DNA of 64,000 nucleotides from Chitinivibrionales bacterium (GTDB lineage: Bacteria > Fibrobacterota > Chitinivibrionia > Chitinivibrionales > WJKA01): positions 58,730 through 122,729 of the forward strand of contig JBBRUX010000006.1 in the NCBI GenBank assembly GCA_038247415.1, given 5' to 3'. The notes below the pieces were generated by a model that was not told the DNA's origin, searched no databases, and saw only the letters and a list, made by a program, of their open reading frames with translations. The position numbers and the translations under genes are program-made. This document shows, one piece after another, positions 42,349 to 53,464 of the stretch (positions are counted from its first letter, which is position 1; the number at the start of each line of letters is the position of its first letter).

Positions 42349-45300
42349 GCTTTGTTCTCCAATTGTATAAATTTCCCGGGGCGAGTGGGGTCGGGGATAA
42401 ACCATGCCGGATTGCCATCCTGATCTCTGCCCAAACGGGCACCCTCTAGGGGAGGCTGATTTGCATCTAATGAATAGGAATTGCTCTGTATTGACGGCAG
42501 AAAATCTCCTGCTTGCAGAGCTTTTACGCTCTGCTTGAATGCTTCTAGTACAAATTCGAAATCTGCATCGGTATGAGCTACCGTTAAATATACTGGGCGA
42601 TGATCCCACACATGAACGCCTTTTTCCCGCATGTGCATGTAAAGCAATTCTCCATAGGCTACTTCGGTAGTGTAGGCAATTCTAACCACGGTTGCAAAAT
42701 TCGTTACGATTATTGGTGCTCCAACCTTGGCGCAAAAATCGTTGAGCTTTTTAACAAATGCGGATGTTTTATCGTTTATGTTCTTTTGGAGAGATGGTCC
42801 TTGCGCTATCAGATAGTCGATCACTGCATGTGCAGCAACCAGGGCCGGTGGATGTCTCACGAAAGTGCCTGCAAAATAGGTGACGCCTACTTCTGGAATA
42901 GAATCATCACCATAGTTCCATGCGCCTCCGTCAAGAGCATCAAGGAATTGAGGGGCGCCTGCAATAACGCCAATATTCATGCCGCCGCCTAATACTTTTC
43001 CATAGGTTGCTATATCTGCCTTAATATCAAAAATTTCTTGTGCACCGCGTTGAGCAGCTCGAAATCCTGTTACCACTTCATCGAATATGAGTACAGTTCC
43101 CGACTGTTTCGTAAGGGTTCTTAGTTCTTTGAGAAAGGCAACTGGTTGGAATTCTGGCAAACGGCTTTGTACTGGCTCCACAAGAATTGCTGCAAGTTCA
43201 TTGGCCTTGGAACGAATAATTTCCAGTGTTTCTGGGGTGCCATAATCGAGAACAAGAATATTTTCTACAGCACCAGGTTGAATTCCCGGAGCCGCGGGAA
43301 GCGATTTAAGTTTTTTGGTTCCACGAACTATTACTTCATCGAATATCCCATGGTATGCACCAACGAACATTACAATGAGATTTCGGCCAGTTACGGTACG
43401 CGCAATGCGCATGGCGCCAAGAACTGCTTCCGATCCGGTGTTGCAGAAAGCAACGCGTTCATGCCCTAAAAATGCTGATAGCTTTTCTGATAGCTTGCCA
43501 GCAAGCGGATGCTGTGGCCCGATTTCGATGCCCTCGTCAAGCTGCATTTTTAGAGCTTCGATAACAAACGGTGCTCTATGTCCAAAAAAGTTTGAGCCAA
43601 ATCCATTGGTGATATCGATGTATTCGTTATTATCGATATCCCAGAGCTTCGATCCCTCGGATTTGTTTACAACAATAGGATATATGGCTTCTTTGAGCAA
43701 TGGTCTAAATCCGGAAACTGCGCGAGGATCGGCGAGATGTGGACGATGTTTTTTTGTAAATTCTTTTGATGAAGCAGTTTTTTTAGTATAGCGAGTGATC
43801 AGATCTTCAAGATGCCTTTTTTGTTTGGGCGAGAGCGAGTCCTGAGCCGATTTATTAATGCGTAAAGCAGGCCCTACAAATTTTTTCTGTTCATCGGATT
43901 CAGGAATTGGCAAAGAAGTTGTTTGTTCCGATTTTGCAACAGGAGGCACCGATACGTTTATGGTTGGAGGAGAAGCTGCAACGCTTGATGAAACAGGTTG
44001 AGATGCAGATACGCTGGTTAGAATTTCGAGTTGTTGGGACATGAGTTTTAATTGTTCCGCTATCAGAGCTGCAACCTCTGAGGTTGTGGTAGATGAAGCC
44101 GAAAGACTTGACGTAAGCGTAGATAAGACGTTGGATGGCGCAAGACGCTGTGCAGTACCCGTTTGCTGAATTGGTTGAGCTCGTGATTGAACTTGAGCAG
44201 GCAGTGCGTCTGGTGGAAGATGTTCGTCAAGATATCCTGCAACAAGCAGGGGGGAAGAGAGCTCATCAACGAGTTGACGAAACTTAATAGCAACACCACA
44301 ATCGTTTTGGATTTTTGTTGCAGCTTGTGTAAGCAAGAGCGAGTCGAGCCCGAGCTCAAGAAATGATTGAGGATAATCGTTTTCGGAAAGTTCTATGCCT
44401 GCGAGCCCATTGATAATATCGCTCAGTTTGGCAAGAATTCTAGAAAGTCGTGGTTGGGCTTGACTGCCAGCAGCAGATGGCATAGCTGTATCCTTTTCGT
44501 TAATGAATTCGAGATCTGGTGGCATGGTTAGTATCGGTTCGTTTATTACCGGCAATGAAACAGGCGGATCGATCCAGAAGCGTTTGCGCTCGAAGGGATA
44601 CGTGGGCAGACCTACTCGTTTACGCGGTTCGTGGTTGTGAAGCGAGGCCCAATCGGGAGAAATTCCACAGATCCATGCGCGACCAAGAGCAAGAAAGAAG
44701 GTTGCCGCGCTCGACGCTTTTTCGGCTGCATGTGGTTGTGCATTAATTATTCTGAAACCTTCATCTTTAGAAAGATGTTGTTTTGCAGCATTTGACAAAA
44801 TGGTGCCTGGGCCGCATTCGATAAAAATGAGGTCTTTTTGGGTTGTCAAGGATGTAAATGCTTCGCTGAATCGAACTGGTTCGGCTAATTGAGACGCCCA
44901 ATAATCTACCGAAGTTGCCATTTCAGTGGTAAGAGGAGATGCTGACCATGTTGACATTATAGGTATTTGAGGTTTTTTACGTTCTACTGAGGCCACAATC
45001 TTTTTAAAGGGTTCTAGCATGGGGTACATCATGGGCGAATGAAATGCATGTGAAGTGTGTACAACCAATACTTCTATTTTTTCTTAGGTACATTTTTTCT
45101 CAAATTCTGCAATAGCAACGTAACTGCCAGAGACTATGCACATTCCGGGGGCATTGGAAGCAGCGAGTGTTACGCCGTTGCCAAGATAGGGCATGAGGGC
45201 ATCGTGGGAAAGTCTGATAGCCCGCATTGCACCACCAGGCATCGATTGCATCAGTCGTGCTCTATGTGCCAAAACAGTGAGTGCGTCTTTAAGCGAGAAT

Positions 45301-48300
45301 ACTCCCGCATAACATGCTGCAACATATTCGCCAACGCTATGGCCTATAAGGCAATCAGGAATTATCCCAAAGCTTTCAAATAGTTTTGCAAGTGCATACT
45401 GAATAGTAAAGAGGGCAGGTTGCGCAAGGCCTGTTTGATTGAGCTTTTTTGAATAGTCTTCTGCATTTAAATCTTTGGGATACAAATAATCACGCAGATC
45501 AAGATCTAATAACGGTTTGAGAATATCGCACGCTTCATCGACGGTATTCTTGAAAACGAATTCTGATGTGTAAAGTTCATGCGCCATAAAAGGATGTTGC
45601 GAACCTTGTCCTGGGAACATGAATGCAACCGAACCTGCAGAAAAAGGTTTTGCGAGAGTAGCAGAAATCTTTTTGGTTTGGAAACCTTCGCGTGCAGATT
45701 CATGGGTATTTGCTACAAAGACACTTCTGTATGCAAAGGGCGTTCGCCCAATTTGTAGTGTATGAGCATTATCGCTTAATGGTATTTCGGGATGTGCGTG
45801 CATATGGCGGGCGAGTGCTTGTATGGATATGTCAAGACCAAGAGGAGACTTTGCAGAAAGAGGAAATACTTGCAGAGCGCGTGTGGTTTTGGTTTCTGCT
45901 GCACATGGTGCTTCTTCGAGAATAAGATGCACATTGGTTCCACCTAAACCAAAAGAGCTCACTCCTGCGCGCCTGGAAGCATTGGGTGATTCCCAGGGTG
46001 TTAATTTTGTGTTTACAAAAAACGGACTTTCAAGAAAATTGATTTGTGGATTTGGCGCTGTATAGTGTAACGAAGGAAAAAGTTCCTTATGATAAAGCGA
46101 AAGAACTGTTTTAATTACCCCAGCAACGCATGATCCTGCATCGAGATGTCCAATATTAGTTTTAACCGAACCAAGTGCACAATAACCTTTTTTAGCAGTG
46201 TGTGCAGAAAATGCTTGGGTAAGTGCAGCAACTTCAATGGGGTCGCCTAAGGCTGTTCCCGTGCCGTGAGCTTCAATGGAAGTAATTGTTTCTGCGCTAA
46301 TTCCAGCTTTATGCAGCGCAGCAGTTATCACCGCAGCTTGACCGGGCACGCTTGGTGCAGTAAAACCAACTTTGGCATTGCCATCGTTATTGACTGCTGT
46401 AGATAGTATTGTTGCGTAAACCGTATCTCCATCGGCCACTGCATCAGAAAGCCTTTTGAGAAGTATAAAACCCGCCCCATTCCCCCGAACCATGCCGGCT
46501 GCCTTTTCGTCAAATGCTCGTACGTGTCCATCGGGCGAAAGAGTTCCCCCATCGACATGGGTATAGCCAACATCATGCGGAATAAGCATACGGCTACCAC
46601 CAACAAGCGCCATTGAACATTCCCTTGCACGCAAGCTATGCACGGCATAATGAATCCCAACCCCCGAAGATGAACAGGCTGTTTGCACCGTAAGAGCCGG
46701 TCCGGTTAAATTAAGCTTGTAGGCGACTCGGGTTGCTGGAAAATCCTTTTCGTTTCCAATCATCATCGTGTATTCGCCAGCAGATTTGAGCAGATCGGAG
46801 TGAGCTGCAAACGCACTTGTTAAGTAGGCATCTCGGGCAACGCCGGCAAAAACGCCAATATTTTGAGCATCATTGTGTGGGGGATAGCCCGCATGTTCGA
46901 GTGCAGACCATGCGCATTCGAGCAAGATGCGCTGTTGTGGGTCCATAAGCTGCGCTTCGCGCGGGTTTATACCAAAAAATGCCGCATCAAACATTTCTAC
47001 ATCGCGCATAAAAGCACACGCTTTGACATACGATGGATTTGAAAATTCGTTTCTCGAAACGCCTTTGTCAATTAATTCTTGGTCGGAAAGCGACCTAATC
47101 GACTCAACGCCGTTTCGAAGATTGTGCCAAAATTCATCGATAGTATCGGCTCCAGGATATCGTAGAGACATTCCAATAATGGCAATGGCCTCGGAATGGT
47201 TTGTGTCAGATTCTGATTTGGTTCCTGATGCAGCAATGGGGATCTGATCAGTACTTGAACAGCTTGAGGCTCTGCTATTTGTTTGGAATCGGGACGCTAG
47301 TGCATCAGGATAGGTTGTTTTAAGCAATGCGCTAAAGTGCGCAATAGTGGGTGCAGAAAAAAATGATACGACAGGGATAGAAATTCCAAGCTCTTTGCTT
47401 ATGCGGCTTACGCATTGAATTGCTTTAAGCGATGTGCCTCCACAATCAAAAAAACGGTCGGTATCTGAAATCGTCTCTGCCGAAAGAACTTCTTTCCATG
47501 TTAATCTAATAAGCGATATGAGGGGATCACTCGAGAGATTTGTTTGAGAAAAAGTTTTTGGTTTTGATTCTTTGTGTGGGGCAGGCAATGTGTTAATATC
47601 AACCTTGCCATTAGGTGATAAGGGAAGGGTATCCAGAAACACCCAGAGAGAAGGAATCATAAATGTTGGCAATTGTACAGATAGTGCCGTTCGTAGGGTT
47701 GCTTCGGTAGGCATTGGGGCTTGAGCTACTACATAGGCGATTAGTTCATGCTCCCCAAGCGGCGACGTTGTGGTGGTTATAACCGAATCTTTAACACCAG
47801 ATTGTTTTTGTAAAGCTGCATTTATTTCGTCAAGTTCAATGCGAAAGCCATTAACTTTTACTTGTCGATCTGCTCTTCCCAGGAAATCGAGGAGGCCATC
47901 TGATCGATAGCATACCCTATCCCCCGATTTATACATACGCGCATGAGCATCTATGAAGAATGGGTCTGGTACAAATTTTTCGTGAGTGAGTTCGTCGCGA
48001 TTATGGTAGCCACTGCCCACGCCTATTCCGCCAATATATAATTCTCCGGGCGTGCCGTCGGGAACCAATGCTCTGTTCTCGTCGAGGACATACATTCGGG
48101 TATTGGGAACAGTCTGTCCAAGGGGAATGGTTGTTGCGTCGAAATCGGCAGGGAACAGCAAACAATAATAGGCACATACATCGGTGCATTCGGTTGGCCC
48201 ATAAGAATTAACAAATTGCGCTTTGAACCCAGGCGTTGCTATAAAAGGCCTGAGTCGCGATGCAATAATAGATTCGCCACCCAAAAAGATAGAAGTAAGT

Positions 48301-50519
48301 GAGAGCATTTTTTTGAGATCGGATTCTTGAGTGTTGTCAACGAGTGCATAAAAAGCACTCGGTGTACAATTTATGCCTGTAATGCCGTGCGTAAGAATAA
48401 GGTTTCTTATACGAGACGGATCGTAGTGGGGAGTATCGAGCAAAACAAGTGTTCCACCACTTACTAAAGGCGCAAAAATATTCTTTTGAGTAAGATCGAA
48501 GCTTAAGGAGCTTATTATGAGAAACTTACTGTTTGGGGTACAGTGGCATAGTGAGGTATACCATGCAATAAGATTAGAAAAGCCAGTGTGATACACGCCC
48601 GAGCCTTTGGGTTTTCCTGTAGATCCTGATGTGTAAATCATGTAGATAAGCTGATCTTCTTGCAGAGGCACAGAGGGGTTTGAATCATCAAAGGTGTTAA
48701 AAAGCTGCGCATGATTAACAATATCGAGGTGTGGAGTAGATCCAGAAAATGCCTTGTCGGATACAATAAGAACTGCGTGCGCATCGGTGATCATGAATTC
48801 TTGACGTTCAAGAGGGTATGCAGGGTCGATAGGAACATAGGTTGCCGACGCTTTGAGTATCCCTAGCATGCCAATAATAAGCTCGATCGATCGGGGAAGA
48901 CACAGCGCAACCTTTGCATTGCTTTGCACCCCAAAAGCGATAAGATAATGAGCAAGCTGATTTGCGCGCTTGTTAAGGTCTTCATACGGTATGATATGAT
49001 CACCAAAAACGAGCGCAATAGCAGTGGGTGTCCTTTCTGCGGTTAGTTCAAACCACTGGTGCACAGGCAGTTTTGAGCTCAATTCAGAATTGAGCGGATT
49101 GCGTAGCGTGGTGAGCGTATGTACTTCCCTCTCTGAGAGGAACGGGATAGTATCAAGTGGGTCGTCGGGAAGCTTATTTAATTGATTGCAGAGGGCTAAA
49201 AAATGTTCGGCGAAGCACGACATAAAGGCTTGTGAAAAGAGCGTGCTGTTATAGCGGATAGTTCCGCGCAAACTCTTGTTTGTATACGTCAAGAGAAGCG
49301 AAATATCAAAGAGAATAGTTGCATCTGGAAAATGCTGAGTATATGCGCCACTGCTACCAAAGTGTAAATCATCTTCCAGAAAAGTGTCAAAAGTTAGAGC
49401 TGCCTGGAAGAGCGGGTGACGGCTTGGGTCGGGAGGAAGCGAAAGCGCTGCAATGATCTTTTCCAGAGAAAACACGTCGTGTTCTAGTGAGGTAGCGTAG
49501 GTTTCGTGAACTGCTTTTAGTAATTTTTTAAATGAAGGATGGTTGCTTACATCGACCCGTTGCGGAAGCATAGTTGCATAGCATCCGACAAGAGAATGTG
49601 CCTCGGCTGTTTTTCGTCCTGTTTGTGCAACCCCAAGCATTATATCGCTATGGCCAGTATGTCTAAAGAGTGTTATTGCAAAAACTGCCATAAAAAAATC
49701 TAAAAGTGATGCTCCAACGCTCTGCGCACATGATTCTGCTTGTGCAACAAGCATGGAGCTAATGTCAAGGGAGGTTTCGGCTGCAGAATAGGTTGCCCGA
49801 GCAGGGCGAGCCGTTTCACTATACAATTGCAGAATTGGCAAGGGGAGCACAAACTGTTTCATCCAGAATGCTTTATGGTCGGCCCAAGAAGGTGCCATAC
49901 TTTCACGGTATTGAGATGCAATCTGGTCTTGGTAGCCATGGGGCGATGTTACAGATGGAATAGCTTTTTTATTGAGTAGCGCAGTATAGCAGCGGCTGAT
50001 ATCGGATGCAATTATAGCCAGCGATTGTTTGTCTGCTATTATGCGATGTGCAGTTATGACAAGAATATGGATAGTGGAACTAGTTGCTATAAGTGTCAAT
50101 CGAATAAGGGGCGTTTCTGATAAAGTAAATATCTTTTTGTGATGCTCATAGATAAAACTCTGGATCTTTTTATCGTGCGCAGGGTCATTTACATCATCCA
50201 TCGAGATAGACGCAAGTGTAAGTGATGATGTGCTCTTGATATGCTGGACACAGGATTCTGGGGAAGATTCATAATAAGCACCTAAAGCAGAATGTCGATG
50301 GGCTAAGGTACTAAGCGCAGAATCGAGGATCTTTTTATCAAGTGCACCTGTAATTGTTATGGTAAAGGTATTGTGATATGCTTCGGAATCACATTCTACC
50401 AGAGAAAGCAGCCAATAGCGCTCTTGCGTAAAAGAGAGCGGAATGGAAGTGCTCTCAGAGTTATGCGCAGGATTTTCAACTGCAATTGCAGCCCTCTGGG
50501 AGCTATTTTTTTGATTCAC
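42345..50519 (-). CDS. Hybrid NRPS-PKS: C-A-T-KS-AT-ACP-aminotransferase class III, with an in-frame TAA at 45084-45086
   Basis: YTSGSTGKPKG; FFDCGGTSL; KS TACSSS/HGTGT/NIGH; AT GHSVG and HAFHS on opposite sides of the stop; LGLDSLLL; FDEVVTGFR/GKVLGGG. ORFs 45084-50519 and 42345-45068 are in the same frame. Confidence 0.9.
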
Positions 50520-50540
50520 AGATTTTCCTTAAGTCGATCG

Positions 50541-51434
50541 TTAGATCGTTGCAATTGCAACCCGTGGCCGGTCTTGGTTATCTTTTTTAAAACTAATATT
50601 CCGAAATGCTTTGCTCCGGATAAAAAGGAGCTCAATTTGCTTTTCTTGAGAAACGCCGAATTCAAAAATGAGAAATCCTCCCTTTTTGAGAAAACCCGGA
50701 GCCTCTTTAATGATTCTCTGGTGTATCGCAAAACCAAAAGGGCCACCATCGAACGCAAACGAAGGTTCATGATCAGTTAAGAAAGCAAGATCAGTGCCAA
50801 GTTTTTTACTCGGGATATAAGGGGGATTCGAAACAATAATATCTACCGTTCCTTGGAGATTAAAAGAATCAAGTGGATCAAATAAATCTCCCGTAGCTAC
50901 AGTAACCCTGTGTGAAAGGTTGAGTGCTTCAACATTTTTTTTAGTAAGATTGACGCATGAAGAAGAAATATCTGCAGAAAAAATACGGGCCGTGGGAGAT
51001 GCGTGGGCAATACCGCACGTCAGATTACCGCTGCCACACCCAATATCAATAATGATTGGTTCAGTTTGCGCAGGGAGATCGTTAAGATGTGCAAGAACTG
51101 TTTCACCAAGAAGTTCCGTTTCTGGTCGGGCACTAAGCACCTCGGGATCTGAGAAGAGGCTTAATCCCATAAAATGCATGCGACCAGTAATATGTGAGAG
51201 TCTTGCTCCTGCCAGTCGTTTTTTAATGAGTGATTCGAGGGTGGCATATTCTAAATCGTTTAATTCCGACAAAGGGGTATTGACTGCTTCAACGGGAGAA
51301 AGCTCTTTGCCCGATGCTTTGTGCCACAGCGCTGCAAGTGTGACGTGCGGAGTTTCTTTGGGAAAGTCGGGGGCGATCTGCAGATCTTGTTCGAGTTTTG
51401 CTAGCACTACATCATAGTGTTTCATTGATTGCAC
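50541..51434 (-). CDS. HemK/PrmC-family SAM-dependent methyltransferase
   Basis: RPETE; DIGCGSG; SNPPY; HEP-AFDGG. Confidence 0.88.
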   Translation of the reverse strand: MQSMKHYDVVLAKLEQDLQIAPDFPKETPHVTLAALWHKASGKELSPVEAVNTPLSELNDLEYATLESLIKKRLAGARLSHITGRMHFMGLSLFSDPEVLSARPETELLGETVLAHLNDLPAQTEPIIIDIGCGSGNLTCGIAHASPTARIFSADISSSCVNLTKKNVEALNLSHRVTVATGDLFDPLDSFNLQGTVDIIVSNPPYIPSKKLGTDLAFLTDHEPSFAFDGGPFGFAIHQRIIKEAPGFLKKGGFLIFEFGVSQEKQIELLFIRSKAFRNISFKKDNQDRPRVAIATI

Positions 51435-51450
51435 CTTGCATGCGCAACTG

Positions 51451-53004
51451 TTAGTGTAAATTCTTTTTTGTAATTTTTCCCGTATCGGTTTTAGGAAGCG
51501 AGTCGAGAATTTCGACCTCTTTTGGAATCATGAAGTTTTCAAGCTTCCCACTACAATGCTTTAAGATGTCTTGCTTGGTTACTCCTTTATCGTCAAGAGA
51601 TACGAATGCTTTAATCGATTGGCCAAGAAGCGCATCTGGTATGCCAATAACGGCAGCTTCACGAATGCCTTTGAGCGAAAGAAGTACACGTTCAATCTCG
51701 ATGGGGCTCACTTTTTCGCCCCGAGTTTTAATAATATCATCACTACGCCCCAGAAAGTATAAATCGCCGTCGGAATCTTGCTTGAACCAGTCCCCCGTGC
51801 ACAGGATGTTTTCTGTTCGGCCGATAACAGGTTTAAGCATTTTTGCGGTGAGTTCTGTATCTTTCCAGTAGCCTTGCATAATATGCGCACCGCGTACATG
51901 AAGGATACCAGGTTCGCCAAGGGGCGTGGGTAATCCAACTGGTGAAAGAAGAAATGTTTGTGTTCCCGGGATTGCTTTGCCTACCGAATCTGGTTTGCTG
52001 TCTGCAAGTGACGGATCGAGATAGCATACTCTTTTACATTCGGTAAGGCCATACATCCTAAAAATTGTGGCGTTAGGAAATATCTCATGCAAAGCGGTAT
52101 TGCAATCTGCGGGAAGCGCGGCAGCAGTACTCGTGATGCGCCTGACATCAGGGAATACAAGAGAAGAACGTCTGTGCATTCCAATGAGGGTCGTGTACAT
52201 TGTTGGAACTCCAGGAAAAACCGACACTTTATGTGTTCGCATAAGCGCAAGCGCAGCAGCGGGGTAGGTAAACGATTTTTCGAGAATAAGCGTTGCGCCC
52301 AAGAAAATAGCCATGAGCATCTGATAGAGGCCGTAATCGAATGCCAAAGGCAAAACATTGATAATTACGGAATCTGAATCGAGCTTAAGATATTCAACAA
52401 GGCTTTGGACAGTAAATACCATAGAGTGATGTGTCATCGCGACACCTTTGGGGTCTCCTGTTGAGCCTGATGTATAAATAAGCGCTGCTAGATCAATCGA
52501 AATTGTATCTGATGTTGTTTCCAAGGGACGTGCACAATTCAAGGTGTCAAAGAAAGGGAGTACGGGGATTGCATACCCTTGTGGCTCGACAGAAGTTTTA
52601 GTGCCGGTATAAAAAAATGCCACAAGGCTTTTAATTGAGGGAATTATTGCCTCGTAAATATGTGCCAAGTGCGTATCAGAGATACATACTTTTGCATCGG
52701 CATTTTTGAGAATGTATTCGAGTTTTTGGGTTTTGGTTTGTGGGTTAATTATAACAAATACACCTCCAGCTGCGAGTATACCGTACACGGCAACAACGGT
52801 TGCATAGGTATTATCTAAATACAGTGCAACACGATCTCCTTTAATGATACCCTGTTGTTTGAGCATTCCTGCACATTGAAGAGCATGCCGTGTTAACTTT
52901 TCGTAGGTATACGATTCTCCGGCTATAACAAGTGCAATGGAGCCTGGCTTTGTTTGAAATGAGCGAAAGAGCATCTCTTGAAGCAATCGGATTGGTGTAT
53001 CCAT
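51451..53004 (-). CDS. Stand-alone AMP-dependent acyl-CoA/ACP ligase
   Basis: YTSGSTGDPKG; FDYGLYQ; MYGLTEC; TGD; LPKTDTGK. Confidence 0.92.
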   Translation of the reverse strand: MDTPIRLLQEMLFRSFQTKPGSIALVIAGESYTYEKLTRHALQCAGMLKQQGIIKGDRVALYLDNTYATVVAVYGILAAGGVFVIINPQTKTQKLEYILKNADAKVCISDTHLAHIYEAIIPSIKSLVAFFYTGTKTSVEPQGYAIPVLPFFDTLNCARPLETTSDTISIDLAALIYTSGSTGDPKGVAMTHHSMVFTVQSLVEYLKLDSDSVIINVLPLAFDYGLYQMLMAIFLGATLILEKSFTYPAAALALMRTHKVSVFPGVPTMYTTLIGMHRRSSLVFPDVRRITSTAAALPADCNTALHEIFPNATIFRMYGLTECKRVCYLDPSLADSKPDSVGKAIPGTQTFLLSPVGLPTPLGEPGILHVRGAHIMQGYWKDTELTAKMLKPVIGRTENILCTGDWFKQDSDGDLYFLGRSDDIIKTRGEKVSPIEIERVLLSLKGIREAAVIGIPDALLGQSIKAFVSLDDKGVTKQDILKHCSGKLENFMIPKEVEILDSLPKTDTGKITKKNLH

Positions 53005-53187
53005 ACAATTTTTGCCCTGTTAAAAACGTTTATTATCTACGACCATGTGCAAAACTTTAGAGCTAGCACAATTTTTCGGGTTAGCTTTGCAGATCCGCTA
53101 AAGCTCTGATCTATATCAAAAAAAAGAGTAATATTATTGACAAGTATTAAAGTATATTTGTAATAGAAATATACAAAGGGGGCAACA

Positions 53188-53436
53188 GTGGAATACAAGG
53201 AAGCTGTAAGGAAATTTATTATCGAAAATTTTCTTTTTGGCGATAGTGCAAGGCTTGTTGATAATGGATCATTGCTTGAGGGTGGCATATTTGACTCGAC
53301 GGGAATTCTCGAGGTGGTGATGTTTTTAGAAACCACCTTTGGCATTGCAGTTGCGGATAATGAATTATTACCCGAAAATCTCGATAGCGTTGATACTATA
53401 GTCTCCTATCTCAAGCGGAAAAAAGGCGAGGCCTGA
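53188..53436 (+). CDS. Acyl carrier protein
   Basis: GIFDSTGILE (Ppant Ser); ELLPENLDS; acidic 82 aa protein. Confidence 0.92.
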   Translation: MEYKEAVRKFIIENFLFGDSARLVDNGSLLEGGIFDSTGILEVVMFLETTFGIAVADNELLPENLDSVDTIVSYLKRKKGEA

Positions 53437-53464
53437 ACCTGACAGGCTATAGAAACTATACGAT

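Noticed and set aside
42349..42609. N-terminal extension of the C-A-T NRPS given in the ORF track
   Set aside because: It overlaps the aminotransferase coding region; the ATG at 42348 has an RBS and an ATGA coupling.
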